A DNA stretch of 64,000 bases from Scenedesmus sp. PABB004 (lineage: Eukaryota): the NCBI GenBank assembly GCA_014905635.1, contig CM026547.1, forward strand, positions 4,092,001-4,156,000, read 5' to 3'. Every line of letters starts with the position of its first letter. Position 1 is the stretch's first letter. Below the pieces are notes generated by a model. The model ran no database searches. It had not been told where the DNA came from and saw nothing but the letters and a program-made list of their open reading frames with translations. A program made the translations under genes and the position numbers. Below, piece after piece: positions 1 through 21,584 of this stretch.

Positions 1-687
1 CGCCCGAGGTCACGCTGCAGCGCTACGGCGTGGGCGTCGACGTCTGGGCCGCGGGCGTGGTGGTGAGCCGCCGCCGCTCTTGCCGCTGCTCGGCCGCCGG
101 CCCTGCGCCCCGCCGCCCCGCGCGGCGCCCCCTCACCCACCCACCCCGCGACGCCCCGCGCCGCCCCGCGCCGCCCCGCGCCGCGCAGCTGTACCAGATG
201 CTGTCTGGGCGCCTGCCGTTCTGGCCCCACCGCACGATGGACGACGTCGCGCGCCTGCCCCACTGGCAGGTGCTCAGCGACGTGCGCACCGCGGAGCTGC
301 AGTTCCCGGCCGACGCGTGGGCCGGCGTGAGCGCGGGCGCGCGCGACCTCATTGCACGCATGCTCGACCGCGATCCCGCCGCGCGCATCACCGCGGAGGC
401 CGCGCTCGCTCACCCCTGGCTCGCAGCGGCGCGCGGCGCGCCGGCGCCCGCGCCGGCGCCCGCGCCGGCGCCCGCGTCGCCGGCCGCGCCGCCGGCCGCG
501 CCGCTGGCCAACAACGTGGTCTCGGCCGCCTTTGCGCTCGCCCGCGGCGGCGGCGCGCCGAGCCCGAGCCGCGCGGGCGGCCTCGTCACGCCCGACGCGC
601 CTGGCGGCGGGCGCGCGCGGCGGCCCGCCGTGCCTGCAGGAGCTGCAGCGCGTCGAGGCTGCGGTCGCCGCGCCGGCTGCCGAGTGA
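1..687 (+). CDS. Ser/Thr protein kinase (CAMK/CDPK-like), 3' part; 5' end outside window
   Basis: Kinase subdomains VIII-XI: PEVTLQRYGVGVDVWAAGVV | intron 63-188 (gtgag..gcag) | LYQMLSGRLPFW...VSAGARDLIARMLDRDPAARITAEAALAHPW. The stop is uncertain: 992 if the frame is kept, or 687 if a 1-nt indel near 610 is assumed (codon usage favours 687). No EF-hands seen. Confidence 0.85.
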
Positions 688-2780
688 GGCGGCCGCGCGG
701 AGAGGCGGGCTGGTCAGCGGCTGCCAGGCAGCGGCCAGGCCCTCCGGCCGGTGCAGCGCCCGCCGCCATGGCTGGCGCGCACACACACACACCAGACATG
801 CACGCACGCGTGGCAGCTGCCCGGGCGCCCGCTGCCCGGGCACCTGTTGCGCCCCCTGCATGCGCCCCACGCGGCGCGGCGGCGCCGCCGCCCCCCAGCC
901 GGGGGCGGCGCAGGCTCCAGGTGGCGACAGCACCGGCAGCACCCGCCGCCGTGAACGTGCGCGGCCGCCGCCTGCCTGTCTCGTGCCAATGAATTGCCAC
1001 CGCTGTGTGCGGCGCGCCCCAGCGCGCGGCGGCAGCGGCGGCGGCAGCGCGGCCTGGGATGTCCTGCAAGCTCTGAACCTGGCCGCGCGCCAACAAGCAC
1101 TGCCGCTGCACGGCGGTCGCTCGCCCCCCCCCCCCCCCGGAGCGCCGGGCGGCTGCCGCGCACAGCACACACACATGCATGTGTGTTGCGCGCCCCTGCT
1201 GTGGTGGTCTGGGCGCAGCAGGCAGGTCTCACGCGCGCGCTGACGTTTGATCCGACGCAGCCACGACCGAGGGGCGGGGGGTCGGGGCACGACTGATCGA
1301 GGGGGGGGGGGGCGCTGGCTCGCAGCCATTGCGCGGCCGCCAGTGCCCGTCTGCGCTTGTGCATTGCCTTCGCTCTGTCTTCCATCTTCCACTGCACCAA
1401 TTCGCGCCACCCCCGCGACCACCACCAGGGTTTGGCGCCACGCGCGACACAGTCAGCCCAGCTCACTTCAGGCAGGCAGTCGCACCATCCCTTCATTGCA
1501 GTCCCGACCGCGACGCGGCGTCCCCTCCTGCATTGCTAAGTGCTCGTGTGCGTGCGAACCGAGCTCTCTCTCGGGGCGGGCGCTGCAAGCGCCGTGCTGC
1601 CCGCCAGCGTGCGCGCGTCGTGCGCGGCGCGCGCGCGCGTCTGACGTCTTGATCGGCCACCCCGGCGGGCGCGGGGGCGCGCTGGATCAATTGATTGATT
1701 GGCCGCTGATGGAACGGCAACCGACGCAGCGTGACGCGGCGACCGCGGCGCGGTCAGCCGGCGGGGAGTGACAGCCAGACCGCATCCGCGTCGCACGGCG
1801 TGCCCGCCCGGTGCCGGCGCCGCCGGTTGGCACCACTGCATTGGCGTCCAGCTTCCGGCGGCCTGGGCCGGGGCGAGCGCGGGCGGGGAGGTCGCCGGCC
1901 GCCGCCGCGCGCGGGAGTGAGAGGCGGCCGCCAATCGCCCGCGCCAATGGGTGCCGCCGTGGCGCGCCTGCGTGCCGGCGCCGTCTCTCCGCGCCATGCG
2001 CGTGCCCGGTGTGGCGACGCGCCCGCACGGCCGTCGCGCCGTGGCGTGGTGCGCGACCTCAGGTGTCGAGTTGGCTCTGCCGCGCTTAGCGTGGGCCTGC
2101 GTCGCGTCCCCGTACTGCTGGGACGATGCGCGTTGCAGCTGTGAGTATTTTGGCCGCGCGCCGCGACGCGAAGCGGCCCCGCGGCGGCGGGCGGCTGGCC
2201 AGAAGTTCGCGGTCGCGCCGCCGGCGGCGCAGCCCCCTCGCTCGCCCCCCTCCATCGCGTGCGCCCGCCCGCCGACGCGCCGCTCACCTAGCTCGATAGC
2301 TCAAGCAAGAAGCTTCCCAGCCCTCAGACGCGCTACCTTTAGCGTGCGGCAGCCGTGGCCGGCGCCCGCGCCGCCTGAAGCAGCACACCGCGCTGCCCCG
2401 ACCGACGCCCGGCGCCGCACCGCACACGCTCTCGAGGCAGCCGCAGCGGCTGAGCGCCGCGCCGACCTCGCCGCGCGAGACTCCGCCATCTACGGAGACG
2501 CCGCCCCCGGCGCCTGCGCATGGATCTGGCTCCCTGCTTCGCTTTCGGTGGGTGTCCGGCATCGTCCGGGCGCCGGGGGCGCGGCGTGGGTGGGCACGGG
2601 CGGCCGGCTGGCGGCGCGGGGCGGGGTCGGCAGCCAGCCTGGCGGGGCCTCATCCCGCGCGCGGGCCGCGCGGCGCCGCCGGCAGCGCGGCCAGGGGCTC
2701 ACTCGCTGCTCAGCGCGCCCGCTGGACGGCCCTGCTCGCCGCCCCGCGCCGCGGGATCGGCCGCCGCCGCCGCCCGCCGG

Positions 2781-3233
2781 ATGACGCTCGCCGCGGCGGG
2801 TGACGCACGCGCGCCGCCGGCCGACCGCCCCCGCCGCCGCGCAGGCTTCCCGCCCGTGGACCCCGACCTCGCCGCCGCCCACCTGGCGGAGGCCTACTGC
2901 CACGGCGGCCCCGCGTGGCTCAAGGGCGCCAGCGCGGCGCCGCCGCCGCGCCCGCTCGGCTGCGGCTGGGCCGACGATGATGATGAGCTGGAGGCCCTGA
3001 TCGAGGCGGAGCTCCTCGCCGCCGCCGCGCACGCCACGGCCGCGCCGGCCACGGCCGCGACGCCGCACGCCTGCGGCGGCGAGCCCGCGCTCGCACGCCT
3101 GCAGCGCCTCGCCGGCATGCTGTGCGACCTGCAGGCCGCGATGCGCGACCTGCACGCGACCGCGGCCCTCACCCACGCGCTGCGCCACGAGGCCGCCGCA
3201 CCGGAGGCCGCCTCGTGCGCCACCGCGTGCTAG
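2781..3233 (+). CDS. Hypothetical protein (acidic patch plus short helical/coiled-coil segment)
   Basis: GC3-biased ORF MTLAAAGD...DDDDELEALIEAELL...LARLQRLAGMLCDLQAAMRDLH. An in-frame upstream ATG at 2520 is possible. No recognisable family. Confidence 0.45.
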   Translation: MTLAAAGDARAPPADRPRRRAGFPPVDPDLAAAHLAEAYCHGGPAWLKGASAAPPPRPLGCGWADDDDELEALIEAELLAAAAHATAAPATAATPHACGGEPALARLQRLAGMLCDLQAAMRDLHATAALTHALRHEAAAPEAASCATAC

Positions 3234-5261
3234 GGCGCTATTGCGGACTTCCAATCGGTCGGGCATCGGGCACGGGGCCCGCGCCTCCGCGGCCTCGCCA
3301 GGCCCGGCGGCGCGCACGGCGCGCCGCTGGGCCGGCAGGCCGCGACAGCACTTGCCCATTTCCTGGCCGCCTCCCGGGCCTCGCCACCCTGTCCGCATGA
3401 CCAGCATCCAAGGTCCGACCCTAGGAACCGGGATCTGAGGTATGGCTTGCCACGAATTGTCGTTTGATCTCTGCCCCGACGCCGCTGTGGCGCGCGGGCC
3501 GGTCCTTTTCGTCCTGTTGCGCCGCTGCCGCGTGCAGCCGGTCGCTGCGCAATGTTTCCGCATGTGCTGTGTCTGCGCTGCGCGCGGTCCCCGGTGGGGG
3601 CTCGCGCGCGCGCGCCAGCCGTCCTTGCCTCGTCGCATCCGCCCCAGGGCTGCCCCGCCCGGCGGCGCCCGCCCTGCGCAACCCCGGTGCATCGCGCCAG
3701 GGGCCTCTCCTCCTCCTCCCCTGCTGCAGCCTCGGCTGCATGCCTTCATGCCTTGCTGCCCCTCTCTGCTTGCCTCATGTGCATTGTGGACCTGGCCATG
3801 AGCCCCACCTGCACCCGCCGGGGCGCGCGCAGTGTGCGCGCGCTGTCGTGCGTGTGCGTGGCCGATGTACGTGCGCTCCCGGTCTGTTGTCACACTGGTC
3901 TGCACCCGGCCGGGCCTGCATTGGAGAACTTGACCCGCCTGGCGCAGGACTTGGCGCCTGGCGCAGGATTTGGACCGCTTGGTATGGGGTGCGGTCAGCC
4001 GAGCTGCACAAACCCTGGGTGCGAACCAGCAGCCACGACCAGCGGCCAGCCTGGCAAGCGCGTGGAAGGCAACGCTGGGCGGCCACGCGCGCGCCTGGCT
4101 GCGCGAGCAATGGGCACCGTCTGCCTGCAGCACGCTGCAGGCCCGGCAGCGCAAACAAACACTTGAATCGGATGGGATGGGGGCGCCCGGGGCGCCTCCC
4201 CCGGGGAAGGGGAAGCGTCGAGCAGGCAGCCGCGCCGGCCGCGGCGCGCTGCCTGCTGGTCCGGCTGCTTACGGTGGCAGCTGGCGACGACGGGCTTTGC
4301 TTTTTGTCCCGACCAAGGTGTGGTGGCTGGCCTTGTCGCGACCTCGCGTGCGCCCTGCCGGCCTGCCGTGTGCTGATGCAGGGCGCAGCCCTAGTCTTTG
4401 TGTCGCCGCCCGTTGGGCGGTGGTGCCGCCCGTTGGGCGGTGGTGGTCCAACAATACTGCCGCCAAGGGCCCAGCGTGGCAGGCGGCTGACGAGCCCCGA
4501 GCCCCCGCCCACGGAGGAGGACCTCGAGGTCCTTTTGTGGCCCCAAGGCCTGTTTGGTTGTGACGTCGGACAGGCCACCCCCCGGCCTTGCTCGCCGGTG
4601 GTGTCCATCCATCCAGCTTACTGCACTCGCTTGGCCTGCGTGCATGTGCGCGCAACTTCGAGTGGGCTCGCTCGCAGCGTCATCCGTGTTGAGTCATTCA
4701 ACCCGCTCCTGGCATGCACACCTGACGGGGCTGGCTACATGCTAAACATGCTCAACATGGGGTCAATCGAACATCGGTCACACACGCACGCGCACACGCA
4801 GCACCCCTGTGCCTGCTTCTTGGCGTGCAGGCGTCCAACGCGCAGACTTTGTGTTGGGCTGCCCCAGACTGTATGGCGACGACGGGTCGCCGCCATCAAC
4901 GAACGGCAGCCGAGCGAGCTCGCCGGCCCCACAGCGGCGCTGGCGGTCGCTGCTCCTCGGCAGTCACGCAGCTCACTCGCGGCAGGTCAATGTGCTGAGG
5001 TTCCGCTCTGGCTATTGCCTGGATCTTGGCGGCGGCGTGTACATCTGATCTGACGTGGGCGCGCACAGCGGGGTCAAATCGGCATACAGCGGCGGTGTCG
5101 GCGTAATGCGGCGGTGTGGTATGCTCTCTGCCCAGCGGATTTCGCGTGGCGCCCTATTGTTGTTGCAGTAACTCGCCAAGCACGCCCCCCCCCCCAGCTC
5201 AGCTCCGCGGCGTTGCCCCTGCCCGCCTTCGCCGCCGCTGGCTCCCCGCCGCCGACCCCCC

Positions 5262-7633
5262 TCAGCCCGCCGCCTGGCTGCCGGCGCCCGCCGCCAGCGC
5301 GCGGCGGCGCTTGCTGCGGTGGCGCGCCATGCAGGCTGCCACCTGCTGCGCAATCTCCTGCTCATCCACCAGGCCCGGCATGCCGCCACCGCTGCGGGCG
5401 GCGCGCTGCGAGCGGGGTGGCGGCTGCGGCCGTCCGCCCGCAATGGCGTCCAGGCTGTCGCTGCCCGCATCACTGAACAGCAGCAGCGCAGAGCCGCCAG
5501 CTGGAGCGCCCACGGCCGCAGCTGGCGGCAGCGGGTCTGCGGCCCTGCCCCGCTTCACGCCCGCGTGCCGGCTGCCGCTGGCCGGCGGCGACGCGGCGCG
5601 GCGCGGCGGCGCGGCGCACCCAGCCCCGGCGCCGGCCGCGGTCGCGCCCGGCGCGGCCGGCTGGGCGCTGCCGCGCCGCGCCAGCTGCCGCGGCGCCGTC
5701 GCGGCGGTGTCGTCCGCGGACGCGGCCGGCCGCAGCGGTGCCGTCGCGGGCAGCCACGTCTGTTGGCGCGGCTCCTGACGGCGGCCGCCGCCGTGGCCGC
5801 TGCCGCCGCCCGCCGCGCTGGCGCTCGCGCTGCCCCCGCGCACGCTCTGGCCGTCGGCCCTGCCGCCGGGCGCGGCGGCCGCGCTGCTGCCGCTGCGCTT
5901 GGCGGCGCCTGAGGCCTCGGCCGCGGGCGGCGCCGCAGCAGGGGCCTGGGCGCGGCGCGCAGCTGCCGGCGGCGCTGCATCGCCCGCGCCGGCCTGCCGC
6001 GCAAAGGTGAGCTTAGTCTGGACCATGCCGCTGGCCTGCTTGGCGGCGCGCCCCTTGGCGCCCACGCCGGCGGCCGGCGCGCGGCCGCGCGCCCCGCCGT
6101 CCTCGCCGGGCTGCGCGCCTGGCGGGCCAGAGGCCCCAGGCCGGTGCGCGCCGCTCGCCGCGGCCCCCAGGGGCACCTGCTGCCCCAAGGCGTGCGTCGC
6201 CTGCGGAGGCGCCGCCGCGACCGCGGGCGCCGCCGCCAGCGCGGGGCTGGTCTGCACGGCGGCGCTGCACAGCCGCGCCGCGCGTGCGCAGGGCGCCGCC
6301 TCCGTGGGCGCCGGCGCCGCCTGCCTGGCGGCCAGGCCCTCGGCCAGGCCCGTGACCAGCGACGCCAGCTCCCGCATGCGGCCCTCCAGCGCCGCGGCGC
6401 CCGCGCCCGTGGCGGCCGCCAGCTCGCGCAGCCGCTCCTCCACGGTGCCCTGCTGCGCGCGCAGCGCAGGCAGGTCGCGGTGGACGGCGCCGCCCATGCT
6501 GGCGCAGCACTCCTCAAGGCGCGCAAGGCGCGCCAGCAGGTCGGGCGCCAGCAGCGCGGGCGCCGCCGCCCCGCGCGCCGCTGCGCTGCTGGGCGCCGGG
6601 CTGTCGGTCGCGGCGCCGTCGGGGCCGCTGCCATCGCCTGGGCGGGGCCAGCCTGGCGGGCCATGCAGCAGCTCCCCCAGGCCCCCCGGGGGGCCGCCGC
6701 CCCTCTGGCCAGGGCCGCCGCCGTCGCCGCCGCCGCCACAGGCGAGCAGCAGCGGCGCCGCCGCCGCCGCCGCCAGCCCCGACTCGGTGCCGCTCTCGAA
6801 CTCCAGGCCCGCCTGTGACGCGGGCCCGAGCGCAAACTGCGGCGGCTGGCTGCCGCTCAGCAGGCCGGGCAGGCCCTGGGGCGCCTGCGCGGGGCTGGCA
6901 AAGGGGCTGCCGCCACGCTGCTGCTCGGCGAGCAGCAGCGCCGCCGGGTGGCGCGTGCGCTGCTGGTGCGCCGCCAGCGGGCCGGGCGCGGGCGCCCCCG
7001 CGCCTGCCAGCAGCGCGCCCGGCGCCGACCCAGGGCGGCCCGCTTGGGGTGCCTCCGCGCGCAGCAGCGCCAGCTTAGGGCGCAGCGCGCCGCCGGCCGG
7101 GTGGCTCGCGTGCGGCGCACCGCCCGGCGGCTGCGACCACGCGCTGCCCGCGAAGTCGAGCTGAGAGGGCCGCTGCGGCGCGGAGCCGGGCCGGAAGACG
7201 CCCGACAGCGCGGGCTGGGAGGCCGTGGGGTAGCCGCCGCTGCCGGGCCGCTGCGCCAGGCCGTAGCCCTGCGAAGCGGCGGCAGCGCGTTGGCCGCCGT
7301 ATGCTTGCACCGCGCCGTCGCTGGCCCTGCGTCACGTGCCAGTCCACCCAGGCGCGCTCCCTTGCCCCAAAGACCCACCTGCTGCTGCGAGGCGCATGTG
7401 GAGAAGCCCGCGCCCAGCTGCGCGCCGCCGCCGAACGCGCCGCCGCCGGCGAGCGAGCGCCCGCTGGCGCCGCCGCCCGGCGCCCTGCCGCCCAGCGCGG
7501 TGGAGCGCTGCGACAGCGGCAGCTGACTCATGGGCGATGCCGTGCGCAGGCTCCAGCCCTCGTGGGGCAGGCTCCCGCCCGGGAGCAGCGCCGGCGCGCC
7601 GCCGTGCCGCCCCGGCGCCGTGGGCCGCTGCAT
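5262..7633 (-). CDS. SQ-rich coiled-coil protein, possibly PRD3/PAIR1 (Mer2/IHO1)-like
   Basis: ATG 7633, donor gtggg at ~7378, large exon to TGA 5262. Several SQ motifs at the N-terminus, a central coiled coil (LARLARLEECC...VEERLRELAA...LEGRMRELASLV), and an acidic-then-basic C-terminus (DEQEIAQQVAACMARHRSKRRR). The exon1/exon2 phase does not join cleanly. Confidence 0.55.
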
Positions 7634-7899
7634 CGCGCAGCTGTGAGCGCGTGCACACAGAGATGGAGTCGCTGCTCGTGGGTTCGCTGCTCGCGAGCGC
7701 GGCGGGTGCGCGGCGGCGCCGGCGGCGTTCAAGCGGCTGGCGCTCGCTGCGCGCAGGGGCCGCCCACGCGGGCCCGTGTTGACGCGGCTGCGCCCCCCTC
7801 CTGCTCTCCTGCTCACTCGGCCGCGAGAGCAACGCACAGCGTTACCACCGCGCCGCGCGGCGGCGCTCCCAAAACCCCGGCGAACCCCGGCCGCCTAGG

Positions 7900-15749
<7,850 letters not shown>

Positions 15750-16343
15750 CGCGGCCGCCGCGCCGCGCCGGCGCCGCCGCTGCCGCGCTGCCGCGGCCGC
15801 GTGTGCTGGCGCCGGGGTCAGGCTCGCCGCCTGCTGCCGCGCGCCATGCCCGTCAAGGGCCCGTGCCACCGCCCGTGTGCAGCCACGCGCGAGTGGCGGC
15901 CTGTGGGCGGCGCGGCGCGCGCAACATCCATCATTTCTGCTGCTCTCGCCCCACCGCGGCGCCCGGGGCCCCACAGCGTGCGCGCGCGCGCGGGCCGGCC
16001 GGTGCCACTGTTGGGCTGCAACCACGGCGCCGTGGCGCGCCTGGGCGCCAGAGGCAGCGCGCAGGAGCGGCCACGCGCTGCCCCCGCGCCACCCGCCGAC
16101 GCACGGCCCGCGCACGACGCACCGTCGCGAGCAGCGCGGTCTCCCGGCAAAGCTTGATGCTGCGGGTGCCCCGAAAGCGCGGGCGGCAGCAGCAGCAGCA
16201 GCACTCGCTGCTGGCGATGCTGGGGAGCGGCGTGGCCGCCCGGAAGCGTTGCACCTTGCCTGGGAGGAGCGATTCGAGACTGCAGAGCGGGCGGCGGCGG
16301 TGCGCCCCGCTGCCGCCGACGACGTGCCGGCGCGGCGCCGCGG

Positions 16344-16348
16344 TTACA
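16344..16348 (-). promoter_or_regulatory. TGTAA polyadenylation signal candidate (chlorophyte type)
   Basis: ttaca on the + strand, immediately 3' of the mTERF-like stop. The motif is rare in this GC background. Confidence 0.4.
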
Positions 16349-16352
16349 GGGC

Positions 16353-18020
16353 TCAGGGCTCACGCCAGGCGGTCGAGCGGCCCCGGCGGCCCCCGACCTG
16401 CACAAGCAGCGGACGCCCCGCCTCGTCCGCCGCCAGCACGCGCCGCGCCGCGCCGCCGCCCCCGCCGTCAGGCGAGCCAGCGTCGTCGCCCGTGCCACCC
16501 GCGCCGCCCGCGCCGCCAGCGCCGTCGTCGCCGCCGCCGCGGCCGCCGTCGAGGCGCCAGCGCCCCGGCGCGAGGGCGCGCCACGCGCGGAAGGCCGGGC
16601 AGCGCGCCACAAAGTCGGCGTACGGCATGCGCAGCACGGCGCCCAGCCGCCGCCTGCGCAGCGCGCCCGTGTCGGCGGCGGCCGCGAGCTGGCGCAGCTG
16701 CCGCGGCGCCGCGCCGAGCACGGCCGCCACGAGCGGCGGCGGCGCGGCCGCGAGCTCGCTCATCCAGGGCAGGCGCCGCCGCGCGGCGCGCTGCGCGGCC
16801 GCCCACGCGCCCGCCATCGCGGCGCCGTCGGCGAGCAGGAGCTGCGGCGCGTTGCAGAGCAGCGAGTGCGCCTGCTGGCGGCGCCAGCCCAGCAGCGTGT
16901 CGGCGAGGTAGGCGGCGTCGTCGTAGCTCGCCTGCAGCGCCGCCGGCGGCGCGGCGAGCAGGCCGCCCTGCTGCTCCGCCAGCAGCAGCGCCGCGACGGG
17001 CGACAGCCCGAGCGTGGCCTGCAGCCACGCGAGCGCCGCCGCGGGCGCGCCGGGCGGCGCGTCGAGCAGCTGCGGCGCGCGCGCCAGCGCGCTGTGCGCG
17101 ACCTCGGGCCCCAGCAGGCCCGCGAGCGCCGCGAGCCGCTCCGCGACGCCCGCCGACGGTCCCAGCAGCGCCTGCTCGCGCGGCGGCGCGGCGCGCAGGC
17201 GCGCCAGCAGGCGGCGGAACGGCGCGGGCGGCAGCTGCGCGCCCAGCGCGCCCCGCCACGCGTCGGCGAGCTCCGCGTACTGCAGCGCCGCCACCTCGGC
17301 GGGCAGGTCCAGGTCGCCGACGCACGCGAGCACGAGCGCCGTCGGCTCCACGCCCGGCAGCAGCGCCAGCAGGCGCGACACCGCGCCCGCGAGCGCGCTG
17401 CGGCGCGGCGCGGCGCGGCGCGGCGCGGCGCGGCGCGGCGGGGCGTGGGCGCGTGGGCGGTGGTGGCACACCGCCCGACGGCCTGCGCGCGCGTGCGCGG
17501 CGCGCGGGCGTGCGCACGGCCCGCACCCGGCGTCGTGGCGCAGCACCTCCGCCGGCGCCGCGTTGAGCACGCGCAGCGCGTCGAGCGCGCGCCCGCCGCC
17601 GCGCGGGCCGCGCAGCGCCGCAAACTCGGCGGCGCGCGCGCACAGCAGCTCGCCGTCGCACGGCAGCGCGCCCGCCTGCACCGCGACCAGCACCGCGAGC
17701 GCGGCGGCCTTGCTCAGCGACAGCCCGGCGCGGTGCTCCAGCAGCAGCAGCTCGCAGTCGTCGTACGCCGCCAGGCCCGGGCCGCGCCGCTGCTGCTGCT
17801 GCTGCTGCTGCGGCCCGGGCGCCGCCGCGACCGCCGCCGCCGCGACGGCGACGGCGGCGGCCGCTGCGACGGCGACGGCGGCGGCGGCGGGGCGGCGGCG
17901 GCGCCGCTGGCGCTGCTGCCACCGCGCGCCGCCGCTGCAGGCGCAGGGCGCGCGGGCGTGGCGCGGCGGCGCCGCGGTCGCCGTCGCAGCGCCGCGGTGG
18001 TGCGGCGGCGGCGGGCGCAT
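16353..18020 (-). CDS. mTERF-like / helical-repeat organellar protein
   Basis: Transit-peptide-like N-terminus, repeated Leu/Pro helical motifs (ARAPQLL, NAPQLLL, LAWLQATLGLS), C-terminal LGAVLRMPYADFVARCPAFRAWR. One intron at ~17526-17398. Confidence 0.55.
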   Translation of the reverse strand: MRPPPPHHRGAATATAAPPRHARAPCACSGGARWQQRQRRRRRPAAAAVAVAAAAAVAVAAAAVAAAPGPQQQQQQQRRGPGLAAYDDCELLLLEHRAGLSLSKAAALAVLVAVQAGALPCDGELLCARAAEFAALRGPRGGGRALDALRVLNAAPAEVLRHDAGCGPCARPRAAHARAGRRAVCHHRPRAHAPPRRAAPRRAAPRRSALAGAVSRLLALLPGVEPTALVLACVGDLDLPAEVAALQYAELADAWRGALGAQLPPAPFRRLLARLRAAPPREQALLGPSAGVAERLAALAGLLGPEVAHSALARAPQLLDAPPGAPAAALAWLQATLGLSPVAALLLAEQQGGLLAAPPAALQASYDDAAYLADTLLGWRRQQAHSLLCNAPQLLLADGAAMAGAWAAAQRAARRRLPWMSELAAAPPPLVAAVLGAAPRQLRQLAAAADTGALRRRRLGAVLRMPYADFVARCPAFRAWRALAPGRWRLDGGRGGGDDGAGGAGGAGGTGDDAGSPDGGGGGAARRVLAADEAGRPLLVQVGGRRGRSTAWREP

Positions 18021-18257
18021 GGCGGCGCGAGTGTCGGGAAACGTGCGGCGGCGGGCGGGTTCCCTGCCAACTGCAGCCGCGTGGACTTCGCTCTTAACGT
18101 GACGGCGCGCTTTTTCGCGGCGCGCCGATCCCCGCGCCCCGCGCACGCGGGCCGTCTCGCGACACCCTCGATCGCCGCCCGCGCACCCCTGCCCTTCGCG
18201 CCCAGATCCGGGCCGCGCCTCGGTCTCGGCGCTCGCGCCGTCTCACCCCCGACTGAG

Positions 18258-21186
<2,929 letters not shown>

Positions 21187-21584
21187 GCGACGCCGGCCGG
21201 GGGCGCGGGGAGCGGGGAGCGGCGGCGCAGGGAGCGGCGGCGCAGGGCGTGGCGGGCGGGCGGGCGGGCGTCAACGGGGCGGCGCTGCAAGGCCTGGACG
21301 CAGGCCTGCCCAGCAGCTGTCGGGACTGTGTGTGGGGGTGCAGGCTTGCGCAGGGCTCGGCGAAACTGGGTATTGCTGCCGGCGGCGGCGGCCCGCCGCG
21401 CACGCGCCCCGAACCTCGACGCCCAAACCTCGATCGCCGCTGGCTGCGCGTGCGCCCGGCGCCCGGCGCCCCTCTTGAGCCCGCCACACCCGCCAGATCC
21501 CCGCGGCAGCTCGTACTCGCGCAGCGCTGCCGCCGCCGCAGCGGCGCGGCGGCAGCGGCCGCCCCCCACGTGTGGGGGCGCGCG

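Noticed and set aside
990..2500. Overlapping ORFs 3' of the first kinase
   Set aside because: Arg/Ala/Pro-rich translations typical of non-coding GC-rich DNA, with no consistent exon chain.
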